Source: Octopus vulgaris
Taxonomy: Eukaryota
Length of the DNA stretch: 64,000 nucleotides
Assembly: GCA_951406725.2 (NCBI GenBank)
Contig: OX597814.1
Span: 153,388,001 to 153,452,000, forward strand
Reading direction: 5' to 3'
Shown here: positions 63,301-64,000 of the stretch, one piece after another
How positions within the stretch are numbered: the stretch's first letter is position 1
Layout of the letters: each line of letters opens with the position of its first letter
The notes under the pieces: model-generated
Databases searched by the model: none
The model's input: only the letters and a program-made list of their open reading frames with translations
Told to the model about the DNA's origin: nothing
Position numbers and translations under genes: made by a program

Positions 63301-64000
63301 TTATTTCAATAAATGAATATGTATGATAATTGTTATAAAATACTGGGTATATCATTTTTTTTTTTTTTTAGATTTGTCAATTAGGGTTTTAATTTCAGTA
63401 CTGGCAGAAACAACTTCAGTTATTCATTTCAAAGCCTTTTAGCTGTGTGAAGTAACAGGTAATGTAAAAACATCCTAGCACTCTCTTAATTAAATAGAAA
63501 AGTAACTGGAAATCTTCATGCATGCCTGTTTCAGAGATAACTGTCTCCTCTTCAGAGTAAATGCACCCTTTATTTTTCAGTCATCCAGAGAACTAAGGAT
63601 TTAAATTGGTATGTATGTATATATCAATAACTTGTAGCAAGAAATACTTATAAAATCAGCAAAAACAAATAATAAAAAAACACCTAACAACATGTTTGAT
63701 TTGGAAATATGATGGTGATGATTAAATATTTATTGCAACCAATTATTGCTCCGTCATCTGGATTCAGAATGCCTGCAGTACTGGTCAGCTATGCAAGATA
63801 GAAGCAAATAATATTCTGAACAACTAAAGAAAACTTTTTAAAGTGAACAAAAACATTATAATAGCTATTGGCAGATCATTTAATATTTTGATACTATAAT
63901 TTGTTATGCATCTTTTCACATAACTGTTGCTTGCATTGAATTTTTGCTTATATATATATATATTTAATAGAAAAAGGTTTGACACTTTTGTAGATTACAG

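Noticed and set aside
63735-63800. Possible minus-strand mini-exon LTSTAGILNPDDGAIIG
   Set aside because: Weak donor, no homology, and close to the Gypsy relic and the window edge.

Overview
This is AT-rich, repeat-dense eukaryotic (metazoan) DNA. The SINE and microsatellite repertoire most resembles an octopod cephalopod genome; this is from recall, not a database search. There is no prokaryotic system, CRISPR array, rRNA or intact protein-coding gene, and almost every ORF in the supplied track is a microsatellite, SINE or decayed-transposon artefact. The window looks like intron or intergenic DNA of a minus-strand gene, with one convincing exon (~19.2-19.5 kb) and two weaker ones (~14.8-14.9 kb, ~22.9-23.0 kb). 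It contains dozens of tRNA-derived and RTE-tailed SINE copies, two full-length but dead Tc1/mariner elements (DD34D mariner 7441-8709; DD37D/maT 49191-50444) and MITEs of mariner, Tc2/pogo, hAT, piggyBac and Merlin-like type. It also contains a non-autonomous Helitron, RTE LINE fragments, a hAT transposase relic and a Gypsy gag-pol relic. The most interesting signal is five minimal hammerhead-ribozyme motifs in short Penelope-type/retrozyme-like units that abut (TA)n tracts. They show stem-I covariation, include a tandem pair 223 nt apart, and one subfamily has a non-canonical CUGU(U/G)GA core. Boundaries of SINE, LINE and relic features are approximate; TIR, TSD and splice coordinates were counted by hand.
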